Assembly (NCBI RefSeq): GCF_006345805.1
Contig: NC_042998.1
Coordinates: forward strand, 108,996,001 to 109,060,000
Direction: 5' to 3'
From: Octopus sinensis
Lineage: Eukaryota
DNA length: 64,000 nucleotides
Shown: positions 47,396 through 61,699 of the stretch, one piece after another
Layout: each line of letters opens with the position of its first letter
How positions within the stretch are numbered: the stretch's first letter is position 1
Notes under the pieces: model-generated
What the model saw: only the letters and a program-made list of their open reading frames with translations
Database searches by the model: none
What the model was told of the DNA's origin: nothing
Translations under genes and position numbers: made by a program

Positions 47396-48360
47396 GGCGG
47401 CGGAGTTGGCGTCCATGCTCACACCTGCACCTGTGTTGCTTCTCCCCCTTCTCCCCTCCCTCGTGAAGCTGTGGGGAAGGGGGTGTGAGGAAATCAACGT
47501 CGTAAAGCGTTGTCAAGGAGACCAGCGTTCTTTTAGAACAACGACTTCATGGCTTGAAGACACCAAAACAGAAATGGCTAAGAAAGCCCGAAAGCAAATT
47601 CTACAAAATCGGGAAACACGCCACACAGGGAAGGTTTCCCGTGCAAATAATTTGCACAACCGAATGTTATAGTTGTTGCACAACTTTTACTTAAAAAATA
47701 TTATCCAAACACAAACTTTTGAAGGCAATATTGTATGGCGATGGTACTTGTGAAATATGGTAATGGATTTAGTAGCCAAAAGGAGAGAGCAGAGACATAG
47801 TATGGTGGTGGTGGAGGCGGTGGTGGAGGTGGTGCTGGTAGTGGTGATGGTGGTCGTGGTCGTGGTGGTCGTCGTGTTTGTGGTGGTGGTGGTGGTGGTG
47901 GTGTTGTTGTTGTTAGCAGTGGTGGTCGTGGTCGTGGTGGTCTTCGTGATGGTGGTGGTGATTGTCATGGGCGTAGTGGTGGTGGTGGTCATGGTGGTAG
48001 TGGTGATGGTGTTGGTCGTGGTGGTGGTGGTAGCTGAAGCTGTCGTCTGGGTTCTTCCAATTTTTTCGTGTGTCAGTGGCGGCGTTGGCGTTCATGCTCG
48101 CACCAGCACCTGTGTAGCTCCTCCCCTTCTTCCCTCCCTCGTGAAGCCGTGGGGAAGGCAGGGTAGGGAAATCAACGTCGTAAAATGTTGTCAAGGAGAC
48201 CAGCGTTCTTTTAGAACAACGACTTCATGGCTTGAAGTCGCCAAAACAGAAATCGCTAAAAAAGCTGAAACAGATCCACAAAAACAGCAAAAACCGCCAC
48301 ATAGGGCAGGTTTCCTGTGCAAACAATTTGCACAACCGAATGTTTTAGTTGTTGCACAAA
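47396..48360. repeat. Two direct repeats of about 285 bp (47396-47683, 48078-48360) flanking a (GTG)n-type tract
   Basis: Colinear copies (ggcggc..ttggcgt.catgctc...ggagaccagcgttcttttagaacaacgacttcatggcttgaag...ttgcacaaccgaatgtt.tagttgttgcacaa); imperfect GTG/GTC/GTT repeat at about 47800-48030. Confidence 0.85.
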
Positions 48361-48759
48361 TCTTTATATATACAAGTGAAGTTGTGTGTCTGTCTCCTAC
48401 GATTTAGATTCCTAACTACTCCTACATTTTGCGGTGCAGTTTAACCAAAACCGGGTATCTTATAGTCGTGATTCATATCGAGCCTTTCTGAGTATTAGCG
48501 CGCGTCTACGATGAGTCTACGATTTAAAAAAAAATTTACCATCATTTTTTCCATCTTAATGCATTTTTTTCGCTATTATATAAGGGAAGTAATTCTCTAA
48601 AAATGTCTACGATGAGTCAACGATTTAAAAAAAAAATTACCATCATTTTTTATTCCATTTTTAATGCATTTGTTTGCTATTTTTTTGCTATAACTCACTA
48701 AAAATGCTTATATAGTTATTTCCCTTACAAACCCGAGCAACGCCGGGCGATACTGCTAG
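48361..48759 (+). mobile_element. Non-autonomous Helitron (399 bp)
   Basis: Begins TC after an A; ends CTAG before a T; subterminal hairpin CCCGAGCAACGCCGGG at 48732-48747; no TSD; internal tandem duplication of about 65 bp. Confidence 0.85.
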
Positions 48760-49264
48760 TAAATATATAAAACTAAACTATACACGTTCGCACACACGTC
48801 AACAATTAATTATTGAGTCTGTCCTGTCACCACTACGTACATACGTTCGTATTGTATAGAATAAATTTCTCATAACATCAAATAATTCCCTTTTCTCACT
48901 CTCTGGCTCTCTCCCTCTTCCTCCCTCTCGCTGCCATCTGTACTCATATTCTTTTTCCCTCCCACATTCACTCCTTTGCTTTTCACTTACTCTCATTTTT
49001 CCTTTCTTTTTTCTTTCTTTCTTTCTTTCTTTCTATCTTCTCTTCACTACATTATTTTGACCATATCTTTATATCACCCAAACATAACTGCTTTCTTCCA
49101 CTCAACTGTTTTTGTCATTCCGTCAATAAAAAAAAAATCTGTTCTTTTTCATCTTTCTATTAACATCTATACGTAGTGTCACTCCAGCTATAAGTCAACA
49201 TCTTACCTATCTCTCTATTTCAGTTTCCCTTCTCTCTCTCTCTTTCTCTCTCTCTCTCTATCCA

Positions 49265-49329
<65 letters not shown>

Positions 49330-49330
<1 letters not shown>

Positions 49331-50030
49331 GCCCATAAACGAAGTGGTTTCAAAATGTCCCCGCACTAGTTATGTAGCGAGCCAACAGATGACAGCACAC
49401 GGTGGCACACGCAGTGAGAGCTAACAGTAACATTCATGAGACAATGTTCCGAATGACATCGTTGTGTTTACCTTGCAAGTTGTGAAACTTGTGTTTTTGT
49501 GGTCACGTGTATGCCGTAGTCTCCAGAGCCAACTGGAAATTTTGCGTTAAACTAGGGAAGTCTGCTACAGAGATATTGAACATACTTCGCCAAGCTTACG
49601 ACGACGAGGGAATAGGTCGTACGCAGTGTCTCGAGTGGCAGGGGCGCTTCAAAAGTGGAAGAGTGTCTCTGGAAGATGATGAACAGTCTGGAAGGTCTGC
49701 CACGAGCGTCACCCCCGGTGGAATTGTACAGCGAGAATTCATCCCCCAGGTCCAGACTGTCAATCAATAGCTCTACTGCGACGTTTTGAAGCATTTGAAG
49801 GAGCACATTCGGTGAAAGTGACTGTAACTTTGGAGCGCGAAGAAGTGGATTCTTCACTGAGCTCCCCTCACTCGTGCGTTTCTCGCCAAATACAATGTGG
49901 TATCGCTCCCGCACCCGCCCTATTCGCTAGATTTAGCAACTGCGCACTTTCATCTCTTCCCCAGGATGAAAATGCAGCACAAAGGTCGTCATTTTAACAA
50001 CGTTGTCGCGATCCAGAGCGAATCGCTGGG
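49330..50030 (+). mobile_element. Internally deleted mariner transposon
   Basis: RANWKFCVKLGKSATEILNILRQAYDDEGIGRTQCLEWQGRFKSGRVSLEDDEQSGRS (HTH) is joined directly to GIVQREFIPQVQTVNQ...LPHPPYSLDLATAHFHLFPRMK; the middle of the transposase is missing. Confidence 0.85.
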
Positions 50031-52224
50031 ACCGGTGTATTGCTGTGCAAGGGGACTTTTTCGAAATAGAGGATGTTAAGACATAGTTTTCAAGCACAGC
50101 CCTGCCCCCAAACGAAACCCTCATTCAACTTGTGTAAATCTTCTCATCTCATCCGTACTCTTTTCCCAATCCTTATCCCATCCAACAAGCGCCTCGAACT
50201 CTGACAAAATACAATATTACTTTACACGTTATAACACCACTCTCTCTTATGATAGTAATGTGTCGCCCACTTTCCCTTGCCAAATAACGAAACTCATCAG
50301 GTTTTTTTTTTACCAAAGCTTTTTTACCTGATTTGGAGATTTTTTTATATCCAATAATGGAAACCATGTTTTTTTACATCACGTCTAAATTTTAAGATAC
50401 CCAACCGCCTCCAATTTTCGCAATTTTTCTCATTTTTGAAAAACTTCATTGTTTACCTTTAAAACTCCAAACGAGCATTCATTACAATTTATATGTTAAT
50501 TTAAGAGCAATCCAATATACCTGAAAAAGAATGCTGATGTTTACTACACAAGAAAAATGGCAATATCCAGGAGAAATTTAATCCCAGAAAAGGGTTGGTC
50601 AATAGCCTGTCTCCCAAAATAGGTTTTTTTATCCATTTTGTGTGCTTGTTTGAAATTCAGCATTCATTCACACTTCCTACTGTGCTCATGGGGAAATTCA
50701 CTAGTGAATTCCTATACAAATCTTATTTGAAACACCAGCAATTGTGAAGTTCAACAACCAGTAATCCCATTTATGAAAATTGACAATCAATCAGTAATGA
50801 GATGACATTCCAATATTTAAATTTTCCTTTGGTATATAATGCAATTCTTCTATAATTTCCCTGTTTTCTGAAAAGACGCACCTGTACAGGTGTACATTTC
50901 GTGCTCAGAGACCTCGAAAATAGTTTCAACTTTATTGAAGTTATGCTATAGTGCAAATGATATCGTTGGCTTGTGATTTTAAGTTTTGTTGTGATGACCT
51001 TGCTGATTTGATTCATTGACGTTAAACTTAAATTATTAAAACTTACGTTGTGTTGCTCCTTTTAATTACAAATTAACACTTCAATGAGAATTTGGAAAAA
51101 TGACCCATATGTCTTCTGTTACATTTGTAGTGGATACAATCTTTCAGAAGATAGGAAACTGATCTCCATTTTATGAAGCAAGCTTACTTCGTCAACCAAA
51201 TTACTCTCATCAACGCGTCCCAATATTTAAATCATGAAATCGATCAGCTCAGACTATGGTGAAAAACAACTTACATAACCAATGTGCAGTACAGTGGGAT
51301 TGAGCTCCGAATCAAAGCATTGAAAAGCGAGTTGCACCATTTACTCACTTTAGCATACGTAATGGAGTTTTTATTCACGATATAATTGTAATTTTTCTTT
51401 TAATAAACTCTGACTTTTCATTTATAATCTTGATGTCAAGCCGGTACTGATTGCTTTCTTTGTCATCATCCATCATACAATACAACTTGTACCGATTCCA
51501 TATATATTCAAATGATAAGAGCTAGAGGAATACTTTTCCTGCATGATACTTCCATAATTCCTATTAAAACCTACTTGAAGATTCGCTTTGCCAACGTTGT
51601 TTATTTGTTTCAACACTAGATATGATTCTTCTTCCCCCATAGAGCATCAAACTCGACGAACATTACTAACATAGTTATTAGCAGCAACCACAAATACATG
51701 CCATAGCTACCATATAACAACCATCATATCATTGGTATATCACAAACACCATACAAAAACCACATTCATATCACCACTGAGAATCAAGAATACCACCCAA
51801 CATACCCACCAATTCCATTACATCGGTCTAGACTTTAATATTGCCATTCTACTACTGCTCGCTATTCTTAATTGCCACTTATTTTTATAATCTTCCTCAT
51901 AATATTCTCAACCTTACTCTTGCCTATGTAATTTGCAATTGTTTAATTAACTTAAATGCGTTTCTAACTCGCCATTATTTCTTTTGCCCATTACGGGTTG
52001 AAATAAACGTTTTATATAATCTACAGAGGCAAGGAAATGAGAATATGAAACAATCACGCTGTTTGTCCTAAAATGTCTTGTAAAATTACAACAGCATAAG
52101 AAGGGCCCACGAAGATCATAAGCTTTATTCACTTTTCTCTGATTAATGTTTAAATAAAACTAACAATTAAATGAAAATTAAGAAATTTATTACTTCCCTA
52201 AACATATAAAACACATATCGTCGG

Positions 52225-52620
52225 TATCGGCAGCTTAGGCAAGTGTCTTCTACTATAGCACTAGGCGGACCAAAGCTTTGTGAGTGGATTTGGTAGACGG
52301 AGGATTGAAAGGAACCCGTCGTTACATACATACATGCATACAAACATGCATGCATACATACGTACACATATACATACGCACCCCTCCACACACACACACA
52401 TATACCGTGTATGTGTATATGTATATGTCTATGTGTGTGTTTTCATGCTTGTCTATGATCACCACTTCACAACTATTGGTTTGTTGATGTTCCCGTAACA
52501 TAGCAGTTCTGCAAAAAGTAAGCTAAAGAATAAATACTAGACTTGGAAAAAGTAAGAACTGAAGTTGATTTGTTGAGCTAAATATTTCAAGGCGGTGCCC
52601 CAGTATAGCTGCACATATAT
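52225..52620 (+). mobile_element. tRNA-derived SINE, family A (old, 5'-truncated)
   Basis: ggcaagtgtcttctactatagc...gaccaaagctttgtgagtggatttggtagacgg...aaggcggtgccccag. Confidence 0.75.
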
Positions 52621-52696
52621 AATATATGTAAATATAAATACACATACATGCACAAACACATGCAAACACGCGCGCATACGCGCACACGCACACACA

Positions 52697-52756
<60 letters not shown>

Positions 52757-54273
52757 AAACATTCGCACAGTTTCTGTTTACTAAATTCTTCTGGCAAGTT
52801 ATTAATCAGAGGACTCCCAGAGTCCCGTGCAAGATTTGAATCGATACTGGGAAAAGCAATTATGTAATTTCAAAACAAATATTTTTAGTCACCCATTCCC
52901 AATATTACGTTATGGTATTTCTTTGAAATACAATCTCAAACGTATATAGTATTCAACAATGTCAGACAACAAGATAAAGTGAAAAACTACTGAAACTACT
53001 ATTTTGTCCCTTGATAACAGTTATGTGGTGATTAAACAAGCCTATGATATGACCAAAGACGCTCCTCTTATGAACTTCCAGTCTTATTTCCACTATAGTG
53101 TCTCTAAGAATACACTATTCAATGAATCCTATCCGAGAACATTGGGAAGTAATTTGGCTGTTATTTCTTGCAGACGAAGTGACCATGTTATAGTTGCCAC
53201 ATTGACAAATTTCTCTTGTTTTTGAACTCCAGAACGAATGGACTTTTTATAAATGACACATCAACCAGACTATTCTGTCTTTTTTAGGAGTATTTAGAAC
53301 GGCATTAACCAATATATTTTCATTACCTTAGGATGTTAATTTGAAGTGAATACGTGATATCTTTTTCTTACAGATTAACCAACAGCGAGTGACATCACGC
53401 TTGTGAAAGTGGAAGTCTTTATAGTGTGAATGATAGGAGGAGAAAGAATCCTATTTCTCAGATAAACACAAAAAAGCAAAGAAAAAGTAATATTAATCAA
53501 GCCTCAAATGGAGAACTCTATTTGAATTCTCAGATATAAATATTAAAAAATGTCTTTAAATGATCCAAATAATATGAGAACTTGGATATTTACAATAAGT
53601 CACTTACCTTTTACGCCTTCAAATATTTAGATTATACACAGAACGAAATCTATTCTCTGTATTACAAACGTAGCTTTTATACATTGAATATGTTAAATAG
53701 CGGTGCCATTTGCCCAATATTAATAATACAAATCAATGAGCTCTACATAGGGGCCGATCTGCTAGAAATAGCATTATCTTACTCATATTGAGAGTCGACC
53801 GTTTTGAAAAAAGCAAAAACCGAATGTGCAACATAGCTCTAGGTTAACAAAAGAGCGAAGTTATGACAAGAATATGTTTGATGACAGATGCAATCAGAGC
53901 CGAGCATAAGGTTTTCTTTTTATTTATTGCCTTCTTGTAAGACGGAGTTTCGACAGTCATCTGCAAAACAAAGTGTTGCAATATCCACTTTGAACCGCTG
54001 TTGTGCTTGTGAATCAATTACTTGCATATTCCAAAATATCAAAATTCAAGTCACAACATATAATCATAAGAATATTACCAGTAAATGGACAATCGCTGAA
54101 CAATATAGATTAAGTACTCCCATTACACTCGAATAAGAAACCAAGTTTCGTTCGGTCGAGCTCTAGCTATAATTATCTACATATTTCTAACACACTGACA
54201 TTTATCGTTCGCCGACCGAATTGTTCCAAATTGTAATTCTTATTTATCTCTAGCAACGTGAAATGTATAAGAA

Positions 54274-54678
54274 TCTTTTACTCTTTTACTTGTTTCAGTC
54301 ATTTGACTGCGGCCATGCTGCAGCACCGCCTTTAGTCGAACAAATCGACCCCAGGACTTATTCTTTGTAAGCCTAGTACTTATTCTATCGGTCTCTTTTG
54401 CCGAACCGCTAAGTTACGGGGACGTAAACACATCACCATCGGTCATCAAGCGATGTTGGGGGGACAAACACAGACATACATATACACACATACATATATA
54501 TATATACATATATACGACGGGCTTCCTTCAGTTTCCGTCTACCAAATCCAATCACAAGGCTTTGGTCGACTCGAGGCTATAGTAGAAGACACTTGCCCAA
54601 GGTGCCATGCAGTGGGAATGAACCCGGAACCATGTGGTTGGGAAGCAAGCTACTTACCACACAGCCACTCCTGCGCCT
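54274..54678 (-). mobile_element. tRNA-derived SINE, family A (full length)
   Basis: Reverse complement of the 2387/36083 copies, from (actctttt)acttgtttcagtcatttgactg to cagccactcctgcgcct. Confidence 0.92.
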
Positions 54679-55069
54679 ATGACACTTGTAATATAAATTC
54701 TATTAATTGCTTTTATGGATTTGTGTCACAACAGAAGCAAAAACTGTACACTCATACAAATCCACGCGCACAGCACGAACAAACACACATGGATATCTTA
54801 TGTTTATTATGCTAAGCTTATTTCTCTCTTATCAGATAGCACTGTGAAACTATATGTGGGAAGTTTTATCCCTCAAGCATAACGTCCACCTTATTACATC
54901 TTTGAAATTATCTATATTGACTATTTTATGTCACGGTAATCAAGGTAATATATATGTGTGTGTATGCATATACATATATATTTGTGTGTGTGGGGGGGTT
55001 AATATATGTATTTATATGCATGCATGTATATGTGTGTGTGTGTGTATATATACATGTGTGTGTGTGTTA

Positions 55070-55126
55070 GTGTGTGTGTGTATGTGTGTGTGTGTGGGTG
55101 TGGGTGTGTTTGTGTGTGTGTGTGTG

Positions 55127-55195
<69 letters not shown>
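55070..55195. repeat. (TG)n microsatellite
   Basis: Direct reading. Confidence 0.95.
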
Positions 55196-56128
55196 CTGTG
55201 TATAAATCATTTTCATTCGGGCTTGCTGATGGCTCCGACAACCTACTGAGTCATTTGCGTTAGCCGTCAAACGAGACTTGAAAAACCATTCACAAAAGAA
55301 TTTTGTAAATAAATTTTGCGCAACTTTTAGAATTGAGTCTTCTCATCAATAAATCTGTTGTTATTCTTAAACTTGTAAAAATACGCATATAAGTATATTT
55401 GGGGAGTGTACCTTTATGTATACAGAGTGGTGAAAGTCAGAAACACAACGAACGATAATAGTGAGTGAGAGACAGAGAGAAGTGCATTATTTGAACACTT
55501 TCATACTAAATCAAATATACACCAATATCATGGATACACATAGCTTAGATATACTTACTTAAAACAGATTTCAATGCACATCTTGTAAACAATCTCATGT
55601 AAATATAAACATACTAATTTTCAATATGTATTATAAAGATTTGCTTATCTTTATTAGAATTTGTATAGATACATAGATTTTTTGCAGTTGATCGATCAAA
55701 TGGTATCTCAGTGTACAGAGCTGAAACACAAGTTATCTTCACTTGCTGTGGCAAATAACATTTTCTTGCAGCAACGATTCTGACCTATTTTCTTAAAAAG
55801 TCCTTCAAGTTTATTTTGCTTTGCGTTTTTATGTATTTTGTATGTCTGTCGCTGCACAATAGTATAACACTACATGCATGTTTTCAGTCATATGCTTGTT
55901 CTGCATGATGGCATCCAGATTTTTTTTGAGTTTCTCTTCTGCTATGTATTAAACAATAAATCGCGCTATCTTACTCGTTCTGTCTGTGTGACTCTCTCTC
56001 TCACACGTTCACATCCACGCTCATACGCACGCACATACACACACACACATACATACACACATACACACACACACACACGCTCCACACACTCTCTGTTTCT
56101 GTCTTTCTGTCTCTGTCTGTCTCTCTCT

Positions 56129-56159
<31 letters not shown>

Positions 56160-56282
56160 CTCTCTCTCTCTCTCCCTCTCTCCCTACATATATACAGTTA
56201 TGTGTGGGAATTTCACTACTTTCGTAACTAGATTATTATATGATTTTTATGAACTCGACATATTGTTCCTTGCTAACTAAAT

Positions 56283-56402
56283 GCTTGCAGCGTTGCCTTG
56301 GCGCCTTGGCGTCTTGGCGTTTGTGATTTAGCAAGGCAGCACGCTTCTTCTCTATGGCCGTGTTGAGCGCTTTCACACTTGCCTCAAACCAGTCTTGTGT
56401 CA
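56283..56402 (-). mobile_element. RTE-clade LINE internal fragment
   Basis: GC-rich island translating QDWFEASVKALNTAIEKKRAALLNHKRQ...QRC, which matches the DWFEA...EAKR-x-ALL endonuclease-RT linker of RTE elements. Confidence 0.55.
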
Positions 56403-56505
56403 TTTAGCTTCTCCTCCTCCTCCTCCTCCTCCACCCAAAGACCCTTATTTCAATGATGTGGATAATGTCATTGAGACAGTCCCATCTCTGCTGATATACA
56501 TGTAT

Positions 56506-56588
<83 letters not shown>

Positions 56589-57149
56589 TGTAAATAGAGG
56601 TTAAAGCAGCCTCATAAAGGGATAAAAATATCCAATGACTTACTGGTTCATTGCTATTTTTTGTGAATAATAATATATTCATAAATAATTGGTTTAAATA
56701 TATATCTTGGTTTATAGATATTTAAATTACAATTAAAAAAATGGAAATGTCGCATTAACATAATTTATTAAGTCCAAAAATTCAACATATTTTCTTACAG
56801 CTGTTTCGATTTTGCCCACAGATCAAATTCCAGTAGTTAAATCATTGGGCAAAATCTCATCAGAGGAGAAGAATAAGACATACTGTTTGGTTATTAGATG
56901 TTATGTTTCCAAATCATCTCAACAGACTGAATATCATTTAATTGCTAATATTGGGATAAGCCTGAACCAGGGCTTAATAAATTATATTAGTAGGTAATGG
57001 ATAATGTGGATAAAATCAGGGTAATAATTGGTAAATGAATACACAAAGGTTAGATAGTGAGTTACAGTAAATAATAGTATCATATGAGATGTTACGTAAA
57101 CGAATACTTTTATAATTTGTTTATAAAATTGAGGGAATTAACATGAAAA

Positions 57150-58063
57150 ATAGATAAATCATAAAATAATTATAGTCAGAAAGAACCTTCGTGTTTTTAT
57201 ACACAGTGCATATAACAAAGCGGATATATACTAAAAATGGCTTAATCTGATACCGTTAATTCTTCCCCGCAAACTCCAGATCAAAACCATTATGAATGAA
57301 CCTGAGGCACAAAGACACCTCAGGGAAAGAATGGCACTGGAAAAAATGAAGATGGAAATAGAACTTCTAAAACTGAGAACTCAGACGAATGAAGATAAAG
57401 TAAAAATCTATTAATGAAGTGATCAACCTAGAAATTAACAAAATGACTAGAAAGTTCTCCAAATTATGGAAAGAAAATTGTGATAAAGAAGAACTGAAAT
57501 CCCTCCAACGCTGGGTAAAAAGCGCCACTTGTTTCTCAAACTATGAAACTGTCTTTCAACAGAATACGCTTCCATTAACCCTTTCATAAAAATATGAAAA
57601 TTAAAACTACACTCAAACACAGATTCACACCTATCTAAAAAAAACTGAACCATTCCCCCTACCAAGACCTAAACCTAACTTTGTAACCCACCAGCAAAAA
57701 AAAAATCGGGAGTACCTCAACATCAAACAGAGAAATGAAAAATCACTACCAGCAGGATAGACATTAAAACACCCCCCACACAAGGAGTTACCAACCGAAT
57801 TTTCGCTCCAACAATCCACTAAACAATTACGTACAACAAACTTGTACCACACGTAATAATTACCAGTGACAGCTCTCTAAAACACTACATCCGAACATGG
57901 GATATAGGGACACACTTTTCAATACCCTTGGAAGAACCCACACCATAAATCACAATAACAGGGCACTCCACAACAACGGGGAACAACTACATAACAGCTA
58001 CCGTCCCAATCACCTCAATCATTTTTTAGATGCAATACGCAAACACAAGATACGAGATAGCAC

Positions 58064-58114
<51 letters not shown>

Positions 58115-58250
58115 GCAGGAGGAACCAAAAGTGATAAAAATCATCAATTTAACTCACAAAGAACTAACACCAAACCAAATTAACATACTCTACAAAGGGC
58201 TCAAGTTTACAACACCCCCAACGCCCCAACTACAACGAAATGAAAGAATA
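57150..58250 (+). mobile_element. Penelope-like element 5' ORF remnant
   Basis: IPLILPRKLQIK...ERMALEKMKMEIELLKLR...LWKENCDKEELKS and KIINLTHKELTPNQINILYKGLKFTTP (58135-58220; same PLE motif as at 35640). A (CAGA)n tract lies inside. Confidence 0.6.
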
Positions 58251-59894
58251 CGTTGCAGATTTTTTGTTTTTTTTGGTTTTTACTTAGTCGAGACTGTAGC
58301 AACTTGCTACATAAAACTGTTATTGCATTGAAGTTTGGTTTTGCTTACAATTTAGCAATCTTTGTTTGTAATGTAGATTGCTGTCTTTTTAGTTGATTAA
58401 AACCTTTTAAACTTAGATATTCCAGTTTGGGTTTATAGCAATATATATATACACACGTATGTACACGTACACATTTAAGATATACACTTCTAGGTAATAA
58501 TATATGCATATAAGTAACAATATACGCATAAAACACACGTACACAAACATTTGAAACAAATATGTATGCATCTTTATTCTCCATTAGATATATTTAATCA
58601 GATAATAAAGGAACGCTTTCTATTTCTAAATATTTAGTCAGTCAAATGGTTTTGTCTCCAGTTGATCGATACCAATTTTTTGGTAGGTGTGAGAATTAAA
58701 GTTTTCAAATGTACGTATGCATATATTGTTTTCGTAAATGTAATTCTTGATTATATATGTATGAATAGGTATATATACATGTAACATGTATGTGTACAAG
58801 TGTGTAAAAAGATTTACGAAAATGTGTGTGTTACGTAGAATTATTATGAAAAATATGCATTAATACCTAAGGATACGCGTAGATATATGAATGCGTATGC
58901 GTGTATGTACATGTGTATAAATGTACATTTATTGGGAGGATAATTTATTGTGTAAAAATAATATCAATTAGTCCTTTCTACTTATTGTTTTGGTGTTATT
59001 TGCTAGAAAGGACTTACCACGATAAACTCGTGCTTTAGAAAAACGCATTCTACTGACAGAGTTGTCATTTTAATTACATAAACCATGAGTGCTTTGCGTG
59101 TTCACACTGACAATTTTTCGTTTGTTTATACATACTATGGATTCAGGGAAATTTTTGTTGAACAGTAGCACACTTTAACGCGATTTCTAATGTAGATGTT
59201 TTGATTTGATGTACACGTAAATGTATATTTATAAGGTGCAGGAAAAATTTAGCGACATTGGAATTGACTTTTAAACTATAAAGTAGTTTGTTACATATTT
59301 TCGTTTTTATTAGTATCAATGTCTCTGTGCACTCTATTATGAAAGCCATAGTATGTTAAAGTAATATTATTACAATGAGTAGTATTGTTACAAGATTTGT
59401 CGTCCGAAGATAAGCAGGATATATACTTACTTGTATTATTAGTTGAATTTCTAAGAATATTGGGGATGATAATAATTTATATTAATACAATACATATTCC
59501 CATTAGATTTACTTCCATGGCAACATTGACCAGTAACTGAGTTTAGACTAACATCTAAGAAATTAACTATATTTAGAATCGTATGTATGCCCTCCAGTTA
59601 TTCATTAAGACGAAAATTTCTTTATCACACGTCACCTGCCTTTTTGCGTATTTTGTTTGAGATACTAAAGACAGTGTCACAGATTTTGCATATGAATCAA
59701 TGACTGCATTACGAATTTTGCTTACAACTGATTAGACGAATGCGTGGCGGATTTTATAACTTTCCTTAGCAACCAATCAAATTTCGATTATTACACTTTG
59801 ACATGTTTACAAATATTTCTCATATAATATTGTGATGTTTCTTCACATTAATCGTTTAAATAATCGGTAGCATGAAACAAGAACCGCCAGCTTT

Positions 59895-60330
59895 TAATAA
59901 TAATAACAATAACAAAACTGCAATAGTGAAGGTGTCGCAAAATCACAGTTCGACTGTGAGGGAATGTTACTGTACGAGCGAGCGTGCTGAAATAGGACAC
60001 TAGAAAAGAATGTATAAAATATGCTGGTGGTTGTTTATTTTATTGGATATTTGTTGTATAGAGTGTATCTTGTCTTTGTGGATTGTTTTGTTTGAGCTGT
60101 ATTATTGAAGCGATAGTGTCTTGCGTTGGATGTGGGCTGTTCTTAAAATTGCTAGGTTTTGAATAGTGTGTAGTGTTAAGGGTTCAGGTATAGCTTCTAC
60201 GTTTTTGCTCATATGATTTTTATCATGCCCAATCCTCTAATTATTACTGGTATCATTTTCACCTCCATGCCTCACATCTCCATTACTTCAATTTTTTTAT
60301 ACCTTGATAATTTTCTCACTTCCTTTTGAG
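59895..60330 (-). mobile_element. 3' end (RLE endonuclease C-terminus and 3' UTR) of an R4/Dong-type LINE, ending at (TAA)n
   Basis: KLSRYK...EVMEM*GMEVKMIPVIIRGLGMIK and QNLAILRTAHIQRKTLS match the KLSKYKDL...MW...IPVVVGALG...LLGTAHILRKVLS end of Dong/R4 ORFs; terminates in taataataataac at about 59895. Confidence 0.7.
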
Positions 60331-60426
60331 CAATATTTTTGGTCAGAAGGGATTGCAATGTCTATCAGTAAACAGCTGTTTTTTCCAACCCTCGATTATT
60401 ATGTCTGGGCGATTATCTTTTATTTT

Positions 60427-60519
60427 TTTGTCAGTTTATCATCATCATCATCATCATCATCGTCATCATCATCATCATCATCATCATCATTATCATTATT
60501 ATTAGTTGTAGTAGTAGTG

Positions 60520-60576
<57 letters not shown>

Positions 60577-60580
60577 ATTG
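60427..60580. repeat. Compound (ATC)n(AGT)n microsatellite
   Basis: Direct reading. Confidence 0.95.
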
Positions 60581-61699
60581 TAGTAGCTGTAGGAGGAAGA
60601 GGAAGAGGCGGAAAAGTGTTAGTGTTGCTGTTGTCATGATCAATGACTACTCATTTAACTCCGTTCGTCCCCACCCCCCACCTCTGATTCATCCCATTCC
60701 TGTACTGTGTGGGAATTCCACATTAGAGTCTTTGAACACAGCTAACATGGTTGGGTGGATTATTGGCGTATATATACGTGTGTGTAGTGTCTTCATACGT
60801 CTCATATGTAAGTGTATACGCAAGTGTTTGCTGATATAGGGGATTTTACATACGTCCTTTTTTTTCCATCTCATGCTTTTCTCAATATATGTATGTACAT
60901 AGATATAAAACTGCGTATGTGACCCATGTGTTTGTGCGCACGTGCGTGCATTCGCGAGCCTAAGTGTATCTATATTATGTGGGCGTGTGATGTATGCATG
61001 TTTGTACGCTTATGTATGGCTATCTGCTTGTGAATAATGTATTTGGAATCGGTTGAATGTGTGAGCATGCTTCTTGTATGTGTATTCGTGTGTTTGCGTG
61101 CAAGCATAAGTATATATTAGATATCAACCACGTGCGAATTTTTGTTCAGAAATTCACGAGTGGTGTTTGGGGCCCAATGTAAACCCTGCTTTTCTCAAAG
61201 ACCAAATTGTTTATCCATATCCCCGTTGAGCGATTTTTGTTTGCATGTTTTCAAAATCTTAGTTAAAATGCTTTTTTGGTTATTGTTTTGTAAAATCTGC
61301 GCTTACTTTAATGTGTTTGTACTTATTGCAGCTATATATGACATTATACTTTTCAACATTTTAACTGTTCCAAACGTTCGTTATCGATACATATTTGCAT
61401 AAAAGTTTTAAACATTACTTTGCTTGTTGAAGACTTCTTTGCTCTTTCCTTCACTTGATGATGGAATCGATATTTTTTATTAGTTATATTCTTAGATTTT
61501 GGTCCTCATGAAGTCTTTAATTCATGGTACTAAACTGTCGGTAAACTGTTTCTATATAGCTAATTGTTCTGTAGCTGACAATTCCTATAATATATTTCAA
61601 ATTAAACGTCTTCGTTAGAATTATTCAGAGTTGTCTAATATATTTCTTTCAGTGATTCCTTCTCATACTCAGAACTATTATGTCTGTACAGATTTCTAA

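Noticed and set aside
47687-48407. Poly-Val, poly-Thr and His-rich ORFs of 93-216 aa
   Set aside because: They arise from the stop-free GTG/GTC tract read into the flanking direct repeat; there is no domain or splice support.
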